From the IMG/VR virus record IMGVR_UViG_3300026026_000014, positions 1 to 55,236 of that record: 55,236 bases of DNA. One strand, written 5' to 3'. A program made the position numbers and the translations under genes. The DNA comes from a virus (Duplodnaviria; Caudoviricetes). Under the pieces are notes generated by a model. The model searched no databases. It saw only the letters and a program-made list of their open reading frames with translations, and had not been told where the DNA came from. The first letter of the stretch is position 1; the number at the start of each line of letters is the position of its first letter. This document shows, piece after piece, positions 1 to 9,227 of the stretch.

Positions 1-71
1 TTGATATTTGCCAACGCTTTTGGTTCAGTTGACTCAACTTGTGCTTCAGCTTTTACAGTAGATTTTTTCAT
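1..71 (-). CDS. partial hypothetical protein (MKKSTVKAEAQVESTEPKALANI...), runs off the left edge
   Basis: ATG at 71 with GGAGAA RBS and an upstream promoter at 146-174; frame open to the window edge. Confidence 0.6.
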   Translation of the reverse strand, partial: MKKSTVKAEAQVESTEPKALANI

Positions 72-145
72 AACAATTCTCCAATATCAATTAAGGGTTT
101 AAGTCTGAATAAATTTATTTGTTAATAACTTTATTCATTAAGATA

Positions 146-174
146 ATTATAATACACTTAGATCTCAATGTACA
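146..174 (-). promoter_or_regulatory. sigma70-like promoter
   Basis: TGTACA-17bp-TATAAT on the minus strand. Confidence 0.6.
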
Positions 175-328
175 CCACTATGATTCAATTATAATCTAAT
201 GATAGAAATCCAGAAATCCCGAGATTCCGAGAATATAGGTACTATTATATACATGCGCCCGGGTGTATATAATATAAACCCATATCAAAGTAAACAAAAA
301 GTTTTAATAAATTAAAAATAATTGATTG

Positions 329-357
329 TATACATTTGTTACAGGTTATATTATAAT
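329..357 (+). promoter_or_regulatory. sigma70-like promoter
   Basis: TATACA-17bp-TATAAT. Confidence 0.6.
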
Positions 358-406
358 TACCTTAATGATTAAGAATTATCTTAGTCATAATTTCGGAGAA
401 ACAATT

Positions 407-562
407 ATGCAACCCAACTATCTCAACCCAAACAATATTGTCGTTGAAATCCATGATGCATTTATAGATAAACTTCTTTTCGATGATCAAAACTTCGATG
501 TTGATTCTATAGATGATTCTGACTTTCCAGAAATCGATTTGGATTGCTTTGATGCTTTTTGA
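407..562 (+). CDS. small very acidic hypothetical protein (51 aa)
   Basis: GGAGA RBS before ATG 407; 14 D/E versus 1 K. Confidence 0.6.
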   Translation: MQPNYLNPNNIVVEIHDAFIDKLLFDDQNFDVDSIDDSDFPEIDLDCFDAF

Positions 563-658
563 AAACTGGTACACAATTGAAAAACTGTGGCGGTTGAGTT
601 CTGCAAATTCACTTGACCGCTCTATGTTATGGTTACAACTTATGTGTAAGGAGTTAGA

Positions 659-844
659 ATGATATTCGAAGTTGAACTTATAGAGATGGAGACTGAGTGG
701 GCGATGGTCCGTGAAAAGGAATCGCAACAAGTCTCTAAAATTTGGAATGAAGAGGTTATCGAGAACTCGCCATTACCTGGTTACACATGGTGGAAACTCG
801 AGATAACCGAGGAAAATGCGAGACGACTTGGTTGGATTCGCTAA
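659..844 (+). CDS. hypothetical protein
   Basis: AGGAG RBS, 61-aa ORF. Confidence 0.55.
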   Translation: MIFEVELIEMETEWAMVREKESQQVSKIWNEEVIENSPLPGYTWWKLEITEENARRLGWIR

Positions 845-933
845 CCAGCTAAATCGTCCTTATCCGGAGTCGATGGGAAAATCGAGGATGGGGGTGTGCT
901 TGATGACCGTGAAACGAACCAGCTTAATTGCGG

Positions 934-1347
934 TTAGCCGGAAAGTGCATCATTACCAGTTTGGAGAAGAGTCTGATCTTCAGAGAATTCTCCATCAATA
1001 ACGAAACCATCAGGATCATTTTCGATTTCGCGGTCAAGAATAATAAGCATGGGGGCTGACGGAACACCTTTGCCTGCGTTCTCGTCATATATCCAACCAC
1101 CTTTAATTTGGAGCCACCATTTAGTCATAGAAGGCTCTTCACCACTTTTCGCCAAATTAAAAGCAACTTCAGCAATAGTGGCTAAATCTTCTTCATCAGT
1201 GAAACCAAGTTCAAACGGGTAATGTTTCTCTAGATCTTCAAGACTTACTCTTAGAATCTCGGCAATACGAGAATTTATAACTCCAGCACGTTTAAATCTT
1301 TTTATACGCTGTGCGTCAGTAGCACATGGAAAGTATTCTGCTGGCAT
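934..1347 (-). CDS. terminase small subunit (putative)
   Basis: N-terminal HTH-like segment (IAEILRVSLEDLEKHY) and A-KSGE...WWLQIKGGW motif typical of TerS; GGAG RBS before ATG 1347; same strand as TerL. Confidence 0.65.
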   Translation of the reverse strand: MPAEYFPCATDAQRIKRFKRAGVINSRIAEILRVSLEDLEKHYPFELGFTDEEDLATIAEVAFNLAKSGEEPSMTKWWLQIKGGWIYDENAGKGVPSAPMLIILDREIENDPDGFVIDGEFSEDQTLLQTGNDALSG

Positions 1348-1371
1348 TAAATCTACTCCGAGGTTTGAAAA

Positions 1372-1400
1372 ATAATATATTAAACCTGGCCTTGTGTACA
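1372..1400 (-). promoter_or_regulatory. sigma70-like promoter for TerS
   Basis: TGTACA-17bp-TATTAT, with the AGGTTTAATA extension shared with other promoters. Confidence 0.55.
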
Positions 1401-1500
1401 TAAAAACAATCAAAAATATTTTTATTCAAAACTGTCCAGGAAATCCCGGTTTGCCGAGGTCCTATTCAAAAACTGCTGGTAACTATTTAATTCCACGATT

Positions 1501-1952
1501 AGTGTTATAATTATTATAATTTGGGCCCTTTTTTTCTAATATAAAGATTTTAACTAACGGGCCGCCGGTGTCACTTTTTTATAAATTTTTTTTCAAATAA
1601 ATAATATCAAATATTATAATAATTATAACACAATGAATGTAAAATTAAAACTTATTATAAAAATCAATAACTTGAGAGCTAGAAATGACATGAAAGGTGT
1701 TATAATTATTTAATTACAATAGTATAACAGGATTATAACACCAATATAATAAATTATAACACCGGGCACAAAATCACCTGGAGCAACATTCGGAGCACCT
1801 TGATTTAGAATCAAATACATGCAAAATCACTAACGAGACTGTTATAACTGTTATAATAGTTTGCCAGGTGTTATAATTTTATTAAAAGTGTTATACTAGT
1901 GTTATAACTTTTTAAAATAAAAATTATAACACTAATAATCTAAGGTGTTATA
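1501..1952. repeat. AT-rich intergenic region with about 13 copies of (GT)GTTATAA/TTATAAC(AC) in both orientations; candidate origin of replication
   Basis: copies near 1502, 1623, 1698, 1722, 1733, 1754, 1840, 1849, 1868, 1888, 1899, 1924 and 1944; largest non-coding gap; next to the primase. Confidence 0.7.
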
Positions 1953-2057
1953 ATTATTATAAAAGATAAAATATCCAACCTACACTAATAGCAACAGTCC
2001 AACACTCTCAATTATTTTTAAACACCTAAACACTCTCAATACAAATTTATTCTATTG

Positions 2058-2086
2058 TATACACCTTTAAAGGTTTAATATATAAT
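2058..2086 (+). promoter_or_regulatory. sigma70-like promoter for the primase operon
   Basis: TATACA-17bp-TATAAT. Confidence 0.65.
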
Positions 2087-2162
2087 AACCAAGATTAATA
2101 AAAGCGTATACCGAAGAGCCCTTTTGGATTCTTTGTCACAAATCTCGCTGCTATTAATCCTC

Positions 2163-2253
2163 ATGGTCGTGTGACTAATCACCGCACTTACTAAGAGTAG
2201 AGAGCTCCCGTTGCAAGGATGCTCTCTACTCCTCTGGTAACATCACCGACCAT
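2163..2253 (+). promoter_or_regulatory. long imperfect stem-loop in the primase leader
   Basis: GAGTAGAGAGC (2195-2205) pairs perfectly with GCTCTCTACTC (2221-2231); outer arms ATGGTCG/CGACCAT. Confidence 0.55.
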
Positions 2254-5200
2254 AAAGTATTATTGTTACGACCCGATTGCTACACATACCCAAGACCATG
2301 GAGTATATCATAAAGTGTCACAAAATTCAAATCCAATACCGGATTCAATAACTTTAACACTCGCAAAACCACAATATGGTTACAAGAATTTCGGTTACTT
2401 TAAAGTAGATTTTAAAGCACCAAAACATCTACCTAAAGTCCACTTTATAGAGTCACGTCAGGTTAAATTAGATCGTAAAGACCCTATAAAGAACTTACAC
2501 GAAGTTTTTCAGCGTATATCAACTACACCTATGTGGTCTTCTGCATGCCTCATTCGAAGATCGATAAAAACATTCGATCCTGATAATCCCAAGCCAGCGA
2601 GTTTGGGTCCAGTATTTAGACGCCAAGACAACTTTATAGATACACCAAACCAATACATACCATTTGACTTGGATGCTATTCCAGTGGATCCGCATATACC
2701 ACTGAATACTCCACAATTGATATATGAACAGGTGGATGCTTACGTAAAACGCTATCTTCCTAAGGCATTTCACGGTGTAAACTATGTTTGTCAATTGACA
2801 CCATCATTTAAACCACTGCGCAATCTCACTCATGAAGCAGAAAATGCTCGCGTATTTGAGAAACACAAGTTACACGTCAGACTATACTACTTATTAAGTA
2901 CACCTGTGTATACAGCACAATTATCTGCTTATCCATGGAATGACTTGTCAGAAGAGGATAAACTCTCAGTTGGACTGGAATCTGGCAAAATACACCCATG
3001 TATTGATCGCTCTATTTACAGACAGTGTCAGCCGATTTATATCGCAAATCCAGTTTTTGAAAAGGAGAAAGATCCTTTGGCTGAATGTCCAAAGATTCAG
3101 CGTTGGATGTACACTACGCACCATAAAGAAAATGCTGCGAAATTCGACGTTATGGACATACCGTTGGAAACTGCGGATGGTCAGAAGAACGAAATACGCT
3201 CTGTAATGAATTTACCTGGAGTTGAAGGTGCATTTAGTAGACAGGCGGTATGGTCGGATCTTTTATCACAGTTTGGTTATTATCAGGAATCTGGAAGTTT
3301 TGGTGAAGATCCTAGATGGATATCTCCGCATTCGACAACGAACTCAGCTGGAGTAGTAATTAATAGAGATGGTCGCTGTTGGTCGCATCATAGTCCAGAA
3401 CATTGTATGATTGCAAAATCAGGGCGTATGCTTACTGCATTCGATTTTATGCGAGAGTTTATATTCAACGGTAATTATAAAGCTGCGTTGGCATATGCAG
3501 CGCCTTTTGCCAAACGTGATAGACTCTTAGCAAAAGAACAAGAGGAAATAGCGAATAATACTATTAACATGATTCTGGACTTTATAGATATCCCGCAAAG
3601 TCGAGATGAAATGGCACTTATTGAATATGATTCTTTAATGTCATTAGATAACGCATACAGACTGATTATGGAAGAAGTAATACGCGGCTCATTTTATGAC
3701 CACTTACGTATTGACAAAGTAATACGTGTAATTGCTGAGAAATTAGGAGTAGACCAAGGTGATAAAAAGGAAAAATATCAAGAACTGAAAAACATAGGAA
3801 AACACTTATATGACGACGTTGCCAAAACAGAAGCAAAATCTGGAAAACTCGATTTCTTGCTCCAAGGAGTTAGCGATGAAACTAACGCTCTTGCCCTTAT
3901 TAACGCCTATGGAGGAAAAGACTCTCTCCTTGCTTACGATGAGAATTGCATCTATGCTTATGATTCAAAATTCTGGAATGAATACCACTCTCTTACGGCA
4001 CAGAAGGCAATTATTAGCAAATATTCAATTGACCATCCAACGCGATCAATATCACTCGATGATAATGAAAAGACTTCAATTACACGATCACTGCATACTG
4101 AAGTGCTCAGAAATACGTCAAGAAGATTTGCCTTTGAAGATCACTTCTCAATAAAGTCTAATATAATACCTACTCGTAATTGTGTTATTGATGTAAGTAA
4201 TTGGAAATCTCCAAAAGCCAACGATGGTAGACATAGACCTATTATTAGAGGATATCAACCTTTAGATCACGTTGTATATCCTATAAACTTCGAATATGAA
4301 GCGAATGCAGTATGTCCTAATTGGATTAACTTCTTAAAGTCGATTTATCCAGGACATCCAGAATTAATAGAACTCCAGCAAATGAAATTTGGATATGTTC
4401 TAACAACAGGTAATTCATTTCAAAAGATCTTTATGCAGAAAGGAGAACGTCGTTCTGGTAAAGGTACTCTCGATCGCATAATGAAAGAATTAGTGCCTAA
4501 AGGATATTTTGAACCTACTACATTTGAAAAGCTCTCTGGTCGCTTCGGTCAAACAGTTTTTAGAAGAGCAAAAATCGTAAACATACCAGATTACAAGAAA
4601 GGTACACTTACTGGTAAATCAAGAAATATGGTAGAGGAAGTCATAATCTCCTCATCAGGTGGTGATACAATTGCGATTGAAGAAAAACATGCAAGACAAG
4701 AAGGCATTAAACCTGTCGCCGTACTAACTATATCGTCTAATGAAATAATAGACATTACCAATATTGATGCGTTCTTTTCAAGGTTAATTGTTATACCTCA
4801 TATGATATCATTTGAAGGTAAAGAAGATTTCGATCTTGATAACAAATTACTTGCAGAACTTCCCGGTATTTTGAATTGGGCTATCGAAGGTATGTATAAA
4901 CTCGGTGCTCAAGGTCGCTTTATTGAACCTCCTATTTGCCAAGAGACTAAAAACGAAATGATAGAAGTTTCATCTCCCATGTCCTCATTTGTGCGTCACT
5001 ATTATTATGTGGATAAAACAGTAGCCCCTTCCTTATGTACAACAAAAGATGGCTTCCGTAACAGTTACAAGACCTGGTTGTCAAGACCAGAATCATCAAT
5101 ACCTCCAGAAACTATAATTGACATGTGTGATGAAAATACTATGAATGCGACTATTCGTAATATCATCGGCCAATTAGATTCTAAATTCAGGAGACAACCA

Positions 5201-5392
5201 AAACGTATGAATGGTATTTTAGTCCAATCGCAATATGCGTTAGTTGTAAAACCCCAATATCGCGAACTTGCAGACAGATTACGTAAAAAAGTTAAAAATG
5301 CTGATGACAAAATGAAGTACTGTTTAGATACAGATGATATCTCAATTATTTGGGATCCTAAATATTGCGAACACGACTTTGGAGAAAGCTAA
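2219..5392 (+). CDS. DNA primase/SF3 (D5-like) helicase
   Basis: N-terminal primase-like motifs (FDLDA, HVRLYY); D5_N-like region (NAVCPNWINFL); Walker A GERRSGKGT; true start may be GTG 2315. Confidence 0.85.
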   Translation: MLSTPLVTSPTIKYYCYDPIATHTQDHGVYHKVSQNSNPIPDSITLTLAKPQYGYKNFGYFKVDFKAPKHLPKVHFIESRQVKLDRKDPIKNLHEVFQRISTTPMWSSACLIRRSIKTFDPDNPKPASLGPVFRRQDNFIDTPNQYIPFDLDAIPVDPHIPLNTPQLIYEQVDAYVKRYLPKAFHGVNYVCQLTPSFKPLRNLTHEAENARVFEKHKLHVRLYYLLSTPVYTAQLSAYPWNDLSEEDKLSVGLESGKIHPCIDRSIYRQCQPIYIANPVFEKEKDPLAECPKIQRWMYTTHHKENAAKFDVMDIPLETADGQKNEIRSVMNLPGVEGAFSRQAVWSDLLSQFGYYQESGSFGEDPRWISPHSTTNSAGVVINRDGRCWSHHSPEHCMIAKSGRMLTAFDFMREFIFNGNYKAALAYAAPFAKRDRLLAKEQEEIANNTINMILDFIDIPQSRDEMALIEYDSLMSLDNAYRLIMEEVIRGSFYDHLRIDKVIRVIAEKLGVDQGDKKEKYQELKNIGKHLYDDVAKTEAKSGKLDFLLQGVSDETNALALINAYGGKDSLLAYDENCIYAYDSKFWNEYHSLTAQKAIISKYSIDHPTRSISLDDNEKTSITRSLHTEVLRNTSRRFAFEDHFSIKSNIIPTRNCVIDVSNWKSPKANDGRHRPIIRGYQPLDHVVYPINFEYEANAVCPNWINFLKSIYPGHPELIELQQMKFGYVLTTGNSFQKIFMQKGERRSGKGTLDRIMKELVPKGYFEPTTFEKLSGRFGQTVFRRAKIVNIPDYKKGTLTGKSRNMVEEVIISSSGGDTIAIEEKHARQEGIKPVAVLTISSNEIIDITNIDAFFSRLIVIPHMISFEGKEDFDLDNKLLAELPGILNWAIEGMYKLGAQGRFIEPPICQETKNEMIEVSSPMSSFVRHYYYVDKTVAPSLCTTKDGFRNSYKTWLSRPESSIPPETIIDMCDENTMNATIRNIIGQLDSKFRRQPKRMNGILVQSQYALVVKPQYRELADRLRKKVKNADDKMKYCLDTDDISIIWDPKYCEHDFGES

Positions 5393-5721
5393 TGCCAGAA
5401 GTTCTTAACATGAAAAGAGACCCAACTGTAGGTACAAGACCTAATACTCGCTATATAGGTCGTCCAACTCAATGGGGAAACCCTTTTGTAATAGGAATTG
5501 ATGGCACACGGAATACAGTTATTGATAAGTTTGAGAAAATGGTTCTTGAAAATCCCGAGTTTCAGAAACTAATTCAGAAAGAGTTAAAAGGTATGGATCT
5601 TATTTGCTATTGTAAACCTAAGAGATGCCATGGAGATATTCTATTAAAAATAGCGAATAGTCCTTTTACTGTAGCAGTTGCTAATTTACAAATTAAAGTA
5701 GACGAGGTGAAAAATGGGTAA
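5392..5721 (+). CDS. DUF4326-family protein
   Basis: YIGRPTQWGNPF...LKGMDLICYCKPKRCHGDIL signature. Confidence 0.85.
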   Translation: MPEVLNMKRDPTVGTRPNTRYIGRPTQWGNPFVIGIDGTRNTVIDKFEKMVLENPEFQKLIQKELKGMDLICYCKPKRCHGDILLKIANSPFTVAVANLQIKVDEVKNG

Positions 5722-5905
5722 AGATGTTGAAATAGAAATTGATTCAGTTAAACACGAAACTGATTTAGCAATACTTATATCTGTGGAAGATAAAGAATAT
5801 TGGATACCTAAAGCGATAATATCTGACGAATGCCGAGATGACGATGATGTACTTACAAGTATATTCATTCCAGAATGGTTAGCAACTGAAAAGGGGTTAG
5901 TGTGA
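5714..5905 (+). CDS. small acidic hypothetical protein
   Basis: ETDLAIL...WIPK...IPEWLATEKGL pattern common in phage proteins; GAGG RBS. Confidence 0.65.
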   Translation: MGKDVEIEIDSVKHETDLAILISVEDKEYWIPKAIISDECRDDDDVLTSIFIPEWLATEKGLV

Positions 5906-6169
5906 TGTTGCAAATACATATAAATATATACAGACCACAATGTACAAGATTTCATACTTTACAACAGTATCCATTTATAAATTTACCAAAACGCAAAATT
6001 GGTAAATATAATCACCAAGCTAAAACTAAAAGATCATTCATGAGAGCATTGCGAATAGAATCGAGAATATATCGTAAACCACACGAACCTATGAAAAATA
6101 AAATACATATTAATTTATGGGTAACAATTTGGACAATTTATAAATTTCAAGCATTTAAGAGGCCATATT

Positions 6170-6427
6170 ATGCAAAATCTAGAAGATAAAATGAAGGATT
6201 TACAGGAGTCAATATCTACTATACAGCTTCCTGTTAAGAAAGAACTTACTACACAGGAATTTAAAGAAACCTTTCTACCAAGAAAGAAATATACAGTTAC
6301 ATGTCCTGCTAAATGTGGCGGCCATGTAAAGTTTATGTTTAGACTCGGAGAACTTGAGAGTTCTGGACACAAATGCCATAAATGTTTTAAGACATTCACG
6401 TTTAAACGAGAAGTAAAGACTCATTAA
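6170..6427 (+). CDS. hypothetical Zn-ribbon protein
   Basis: CPAKC...CHKC; GAGG RBS. Confidence 0.55.
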   Translation: MQNLEDKMKDLQESISTIQLPVKKELTTQEFKETFLPRKKYTVTCPAKCGGHVKFMFRLGELESSGHKCHKCFKTFTFKREVKTH

Positions 6428-6460
6428 TCCCTTTAGTTTATTCTTCAAGTAAAACCTTTG

Positions 6461-6489
6461 TTTACAAGTTGATAGGTTTAATTTATAAT
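6461..6489 (+). promoter_or_regulatory. sigma70-like promoter
   Basis: TTTACA-17bp-TATAAT. Confidence 0.7.
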
Positions 6490-6516
6490 TACTTATAATT
6501 TAATTGAGTATTTCTG

Positions 6517-6807
6517 ATGTCATCTAAGTTCGAATTAGCATTTAAAGTTAATCTCTCTAAAGTTTCTGTAGAGAAGCTTTCAGAGATTAATGATTTGCTT
6601 AACAATACAACTTATATGAAACTCCAAACTTGGGATTTCAAAGTTGATAACCAAAAGAGTCTATTAATATATACGTTCACAGCGTATATAGAAGACTTAA
6701 CACAAGATGAACAGAACGATTTTACTAATATAATACGCCCTGAAATGCTTAAAATACTTGGAGTAGCAAATGTCAAATCTGAATCCCAACCAACCATCTC
6801 TCCATAA
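6517..6807 (+). CDS. hypothetical protein
   Basis: first ORF after the promoter; tightly packed with downstream ORFs. Confidence 0.55.
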   Translation: MSSKFELAFKVNLSKVSVEKLSEINDLLNNTTYMKLQTWDFKVDNQKSLLIYTFTAYIEDLTQDEQNDFTNIIRPEMLKILGVANVKSESQPTISP

Positions 6808-6982
6808 TGCTGGAAAGGAGACTGTTGAAGATCTTGAATATGTCGGATCTAAAATCAGCGAACTTGTGAACACGTTTAATGGTTTGAATTCTTCTAAAGG
6901 GTTCGAAATTATGTCAATAAAGCATAATTCTGTTGATGGTAAAATAGACGTAGATATGATGACAAGACATAGTAAACATTGA
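6770..6982 (+). CDS. hypothetical protein
   Basis: GGAG RBS; operon packing. Confidence 0.55.
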   Translation: MSNLNPNQPSLHNAGKETVEDLEYVGSKISELVNTFNGLNSSKGFEIMSIKHNSVDGKIDVDMMTRHSKH

Positions 6983-6983
6983 G

Positions 6984-7220
6984 GTGATTATGAATAGAAT
7001 GTTAAAAAGATCTCCACAATACGAAGAACCAAAAGTTAAGAAAATATGCGAATGGACTTTTGTAAATGAAGATGGATATTTACTATTAAAACGCGAAGAT
7101 GGTACTGAAAGACCAAGTAGTTATACGGAAATTTTATCTTGGAGACTTTTTGGGAATATACCCACTGATTATAAAGGTCTTGGTACTGGTCCAAGAACTC
7201 CTTGGGAATCATATGGTTGA
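6984..7220 (+). CDS. hypothetical protein
   Basis: GAGG RBS; operon packing. Confidence 0.5.
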   Translation: MIMNRMLKRSPQYEEPKVKKICEWTFVNEDGYLLLKREDGTERPSSYTEILSWRLFGNIPTDYKGLGTGPRTPWESYG

Positions 7221-7414
7221 AAATAATACTCTCCTTAAATTGAGATATGGTAGACTCTATTATCATGGAGGTAATTTCTATCAACCTCTCACTTTATGCG
7301 GAGATGAATATGGTAAAGTTAAAAGAGCAATAAGGGACTTTACAAAAGCAAATTCTGAACTTATTAAGTCAGATAGATTAGATCCAAATTACAGAAATTT
7401 ATTGGAGTTATGCG

Positions 7415-7660
7415 ATGAACAATTTCAACACAGTATCTGTTCAGTTTGAATCAGGTGATCAACCACGATATACATATAAAACTCTTGAGCAATATGCTCC
7501 AGGTGATATGGCTATTATCAAAACAAAATCTGGATTCTTCAAGTTTGTACACGTAGTTGAAGTACACTCTACTCCTCAAATTAAACCAGGAATTAACTAT
7601 ACTTGGTTAGTTCAAAAACTCGACACTACTGATTATGACAGACTCGTCTCATTGGATTGA
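7415..7660 (+). CDS. hypothetical protein, paralog of 7944-8408
   Basis: shared V.F..G...Y.YKT...Y..GD...FK.V.V.EVH..P.I...Y.W...K.D motif. Confidence 0.7.
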   Translation: MNNFNTVSVQFESGDQPRYTYKTLEQYAPGDMAIIKTKSGFFKFVHVVEVHSTPQIKPGINYTWLVQKLDTTDYDRLVSLD

Positions 7661-7663
7661 TGA

Positions 7664-7855
7664 ATGCGCAGAGATCTCTCCAAACCTCTTTCAATCCCTA
7701 AGGAACCGATCCCAGGAGGAACGCACTTACGTTTCTTTTGTCTCTACTGCCAGAAACCTAAATTGGTTGCTGGACGAAAATTATTTAGAGCTTCTAATGG
7801 TTCAACGCGGTATAAATGCGCAGGATGCATAGAACTATCAAATAAATCTAAGTAG
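7664..7855 (+). CDS. small Zn-finger-like hypothetical protein
   Basis: CLYC...CAGC. Confidence 0.5.
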   Translation: MRRDLSKPLSIPKEPIPGGTHLRFFCLYCQKPKLVAGRKLFRASNGSTRYKCAGCIELSNKSK

Positions 7856-7943
7856 TATCTTTTGTTATAAAGTTGTATTATAATAACCATAATGAATACT
7901 TTTATATTCATTGTTATTAATCAACTTATCGAGGATACTGCCT

Positions 7944-8408
7944 ATGAACAGACATTTATTATCAATGCTTCAAGAAGGATATACTACTATTGCCGTTCAT
8001 TTTATGACCGGTTCTCAAGGTCGTTATATCTATAAAACGCGCGACAAATACAACATCGGAGATCTTGCTGTTGTAAAAGTCGGTGATGAATTCAAAATTG
8101 TGAAAGTAATTGAAGTTCACAAAGAACCTGAAATTGATATCAATTTAACGCGTGATTACAAATGGGCTGTATGCAAAATTGATATGGATGGATATAACGA
8201 AGAAATGCAGCGTGAAGCAATCTTCAAAAAGCAAATGTTCAAAATTGAGCGAGACGCCCAAAAACGAACCTTGGCAACAAAAATCAAAGAGCATATGGAC
8301 GCAGAAAGTCAAGGACTTTTTGATAATGCTCTCAAAATCCTTAACAAAGAAGTACCTATCACGGAAGATATGCTTGTTCAAATAAAACAAAGTGATACAG
8401 GCTTCTAA
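7944..8408 (+). CDS. hypothetical protein (paralog of 7415-7660) with a coiled-coil extension and SDTGF C-terminus
   Basis: GAGGA RBS before ATG 7944; motif match to the paralog. Confidence 0.7.
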   Translation: MNRHLLSMLQEGYTTIAVHFMTGSQGRYIYKTRDKYNIGDLAVVKVGDEFKIVKVIEVHKEPEIDINLTRDYKWAVCKIDMDGYNEEMQREAIFKKQMFKIERDAQKRTLATKIKEHMDAESQGLFDNALKILNKEVPITEDMLVQIKQSDTGF

Positions 8409-8836
8409 TGCGCTCAATTATTGAGTTCATTGAAGAAGTCGCCGAAGAAGGACAAGGACGTTCCTTCAGAGGTGCTTATAGTGGACGTGGCATGTTTGGC
8501 CGCGAATGTGTAGGAGTTGTGTGTCCAAATCCTATTGACGTAGTTTTGGGTATTGCTGAAAATGTCGCTATTGAATTATTTGAAAATGCTTCTTTAGAAG
8601 GAGACGGTAACGCTGTTATACAAAATAATGCAGAACTTGAACGTCAACAAGCTGAAGAGATATTTTCATCTCTTAAAGAATGTCATATCGATACAATGGG
8701 CCATGATAAAATTATCTATTGGCCTGGCGTTCAATATACAAAAGCTTCTATACAATCTCCATCTAAGGGACTATGCTCTAATTATCCTGGATGCGGTTGC
8801 GCAGAAGAACTTGGAGAAGATTGTATTCCATTTTAA
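8408..8836 (+). CDS. hypothetical protein ending EDCIPF
   Basis: YSGRGMFGRECVG...DTMG...IIYWP conserved phage-type motif. Confidence 0.7.
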   Translation: MRSIIEFIEEVAEEGQGRSFRGAYSGRGMFGRECVGVVCPNPIDVVLGIAENVAIELFENASLEGDGNAVIQNNAELERQQAEEIFSSLKECHIDTMGHDKIIYWPGVQYTKASIQSPSKGLCSNYPGCGCAEELGEDCIPF

Positions 8837-8844
8837 GGTGATTT

Positions 8845-9086
8845 ATGATTGGCGACGTTGATATTTCAAAGATAAGAATCGGAGATAAAGTGCATTACCA
8901 ACCTGCTCATTACGAAAAGACAAGTGGGAAAATGGTATCGTTAAAGAAGTTCCTAATCAAGATAACGAAATAACTAAAGACAGTTTACGAGTGGTATATA
9001 ACTGTAATCGTGAATGGGAACGTTATCGAGATTATACGAGTGCTTTAACTCATAAACGCGATTTGAAAATTGGCTGGAGACATTAG
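8845..9086 (+). pseudogene. frameshifted hypothetical gene (needs -1 shift at GAAAAG 8914-8919)
   Basis: ATG 8845 with AAGGTG RBS reads MIGDVD...QPAHYE; the -1 frame continues KDKWENGIVKEV...VVYNC...DLKIGWRH to TAG 9086. Confidence 0.6.
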
Positions 9087-9126
9087 TTTTGATAATCCTT
9101 GAATTGATAGGTTAATCAAAGTTTTG

Positions 9127-9155
9127 TTTACTTGATAACTGGTCTATTATATAAT
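9127..9155 (+). promoter_or_regulatory. sigma70-like promoter for SSB
   Basis: TTTACT-17bp-TATAAT. Confidence 0.7.
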
Positions 9156-9227
9156 ATGACCAGATTATTAAAAGAGCAATTCTTTAGTAATCTATCAATC
9201 CAACTGTCAAAATGTGAGGTAGTCAAA

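Noticed and set aside
266-305. Extra minus-strand promoter (GTTTACTTTGATAT like 20691)
   Set aside because: The -10 at 17-bp spacing is TATATA, lacking the conserved final T; not called
899-925. TTGATGA...GAAAC resembling a hammerhead ribozyme core
   Set aside because: Lacks CUGANGA and a proper stem II followed by GAAA; no stems I/III found
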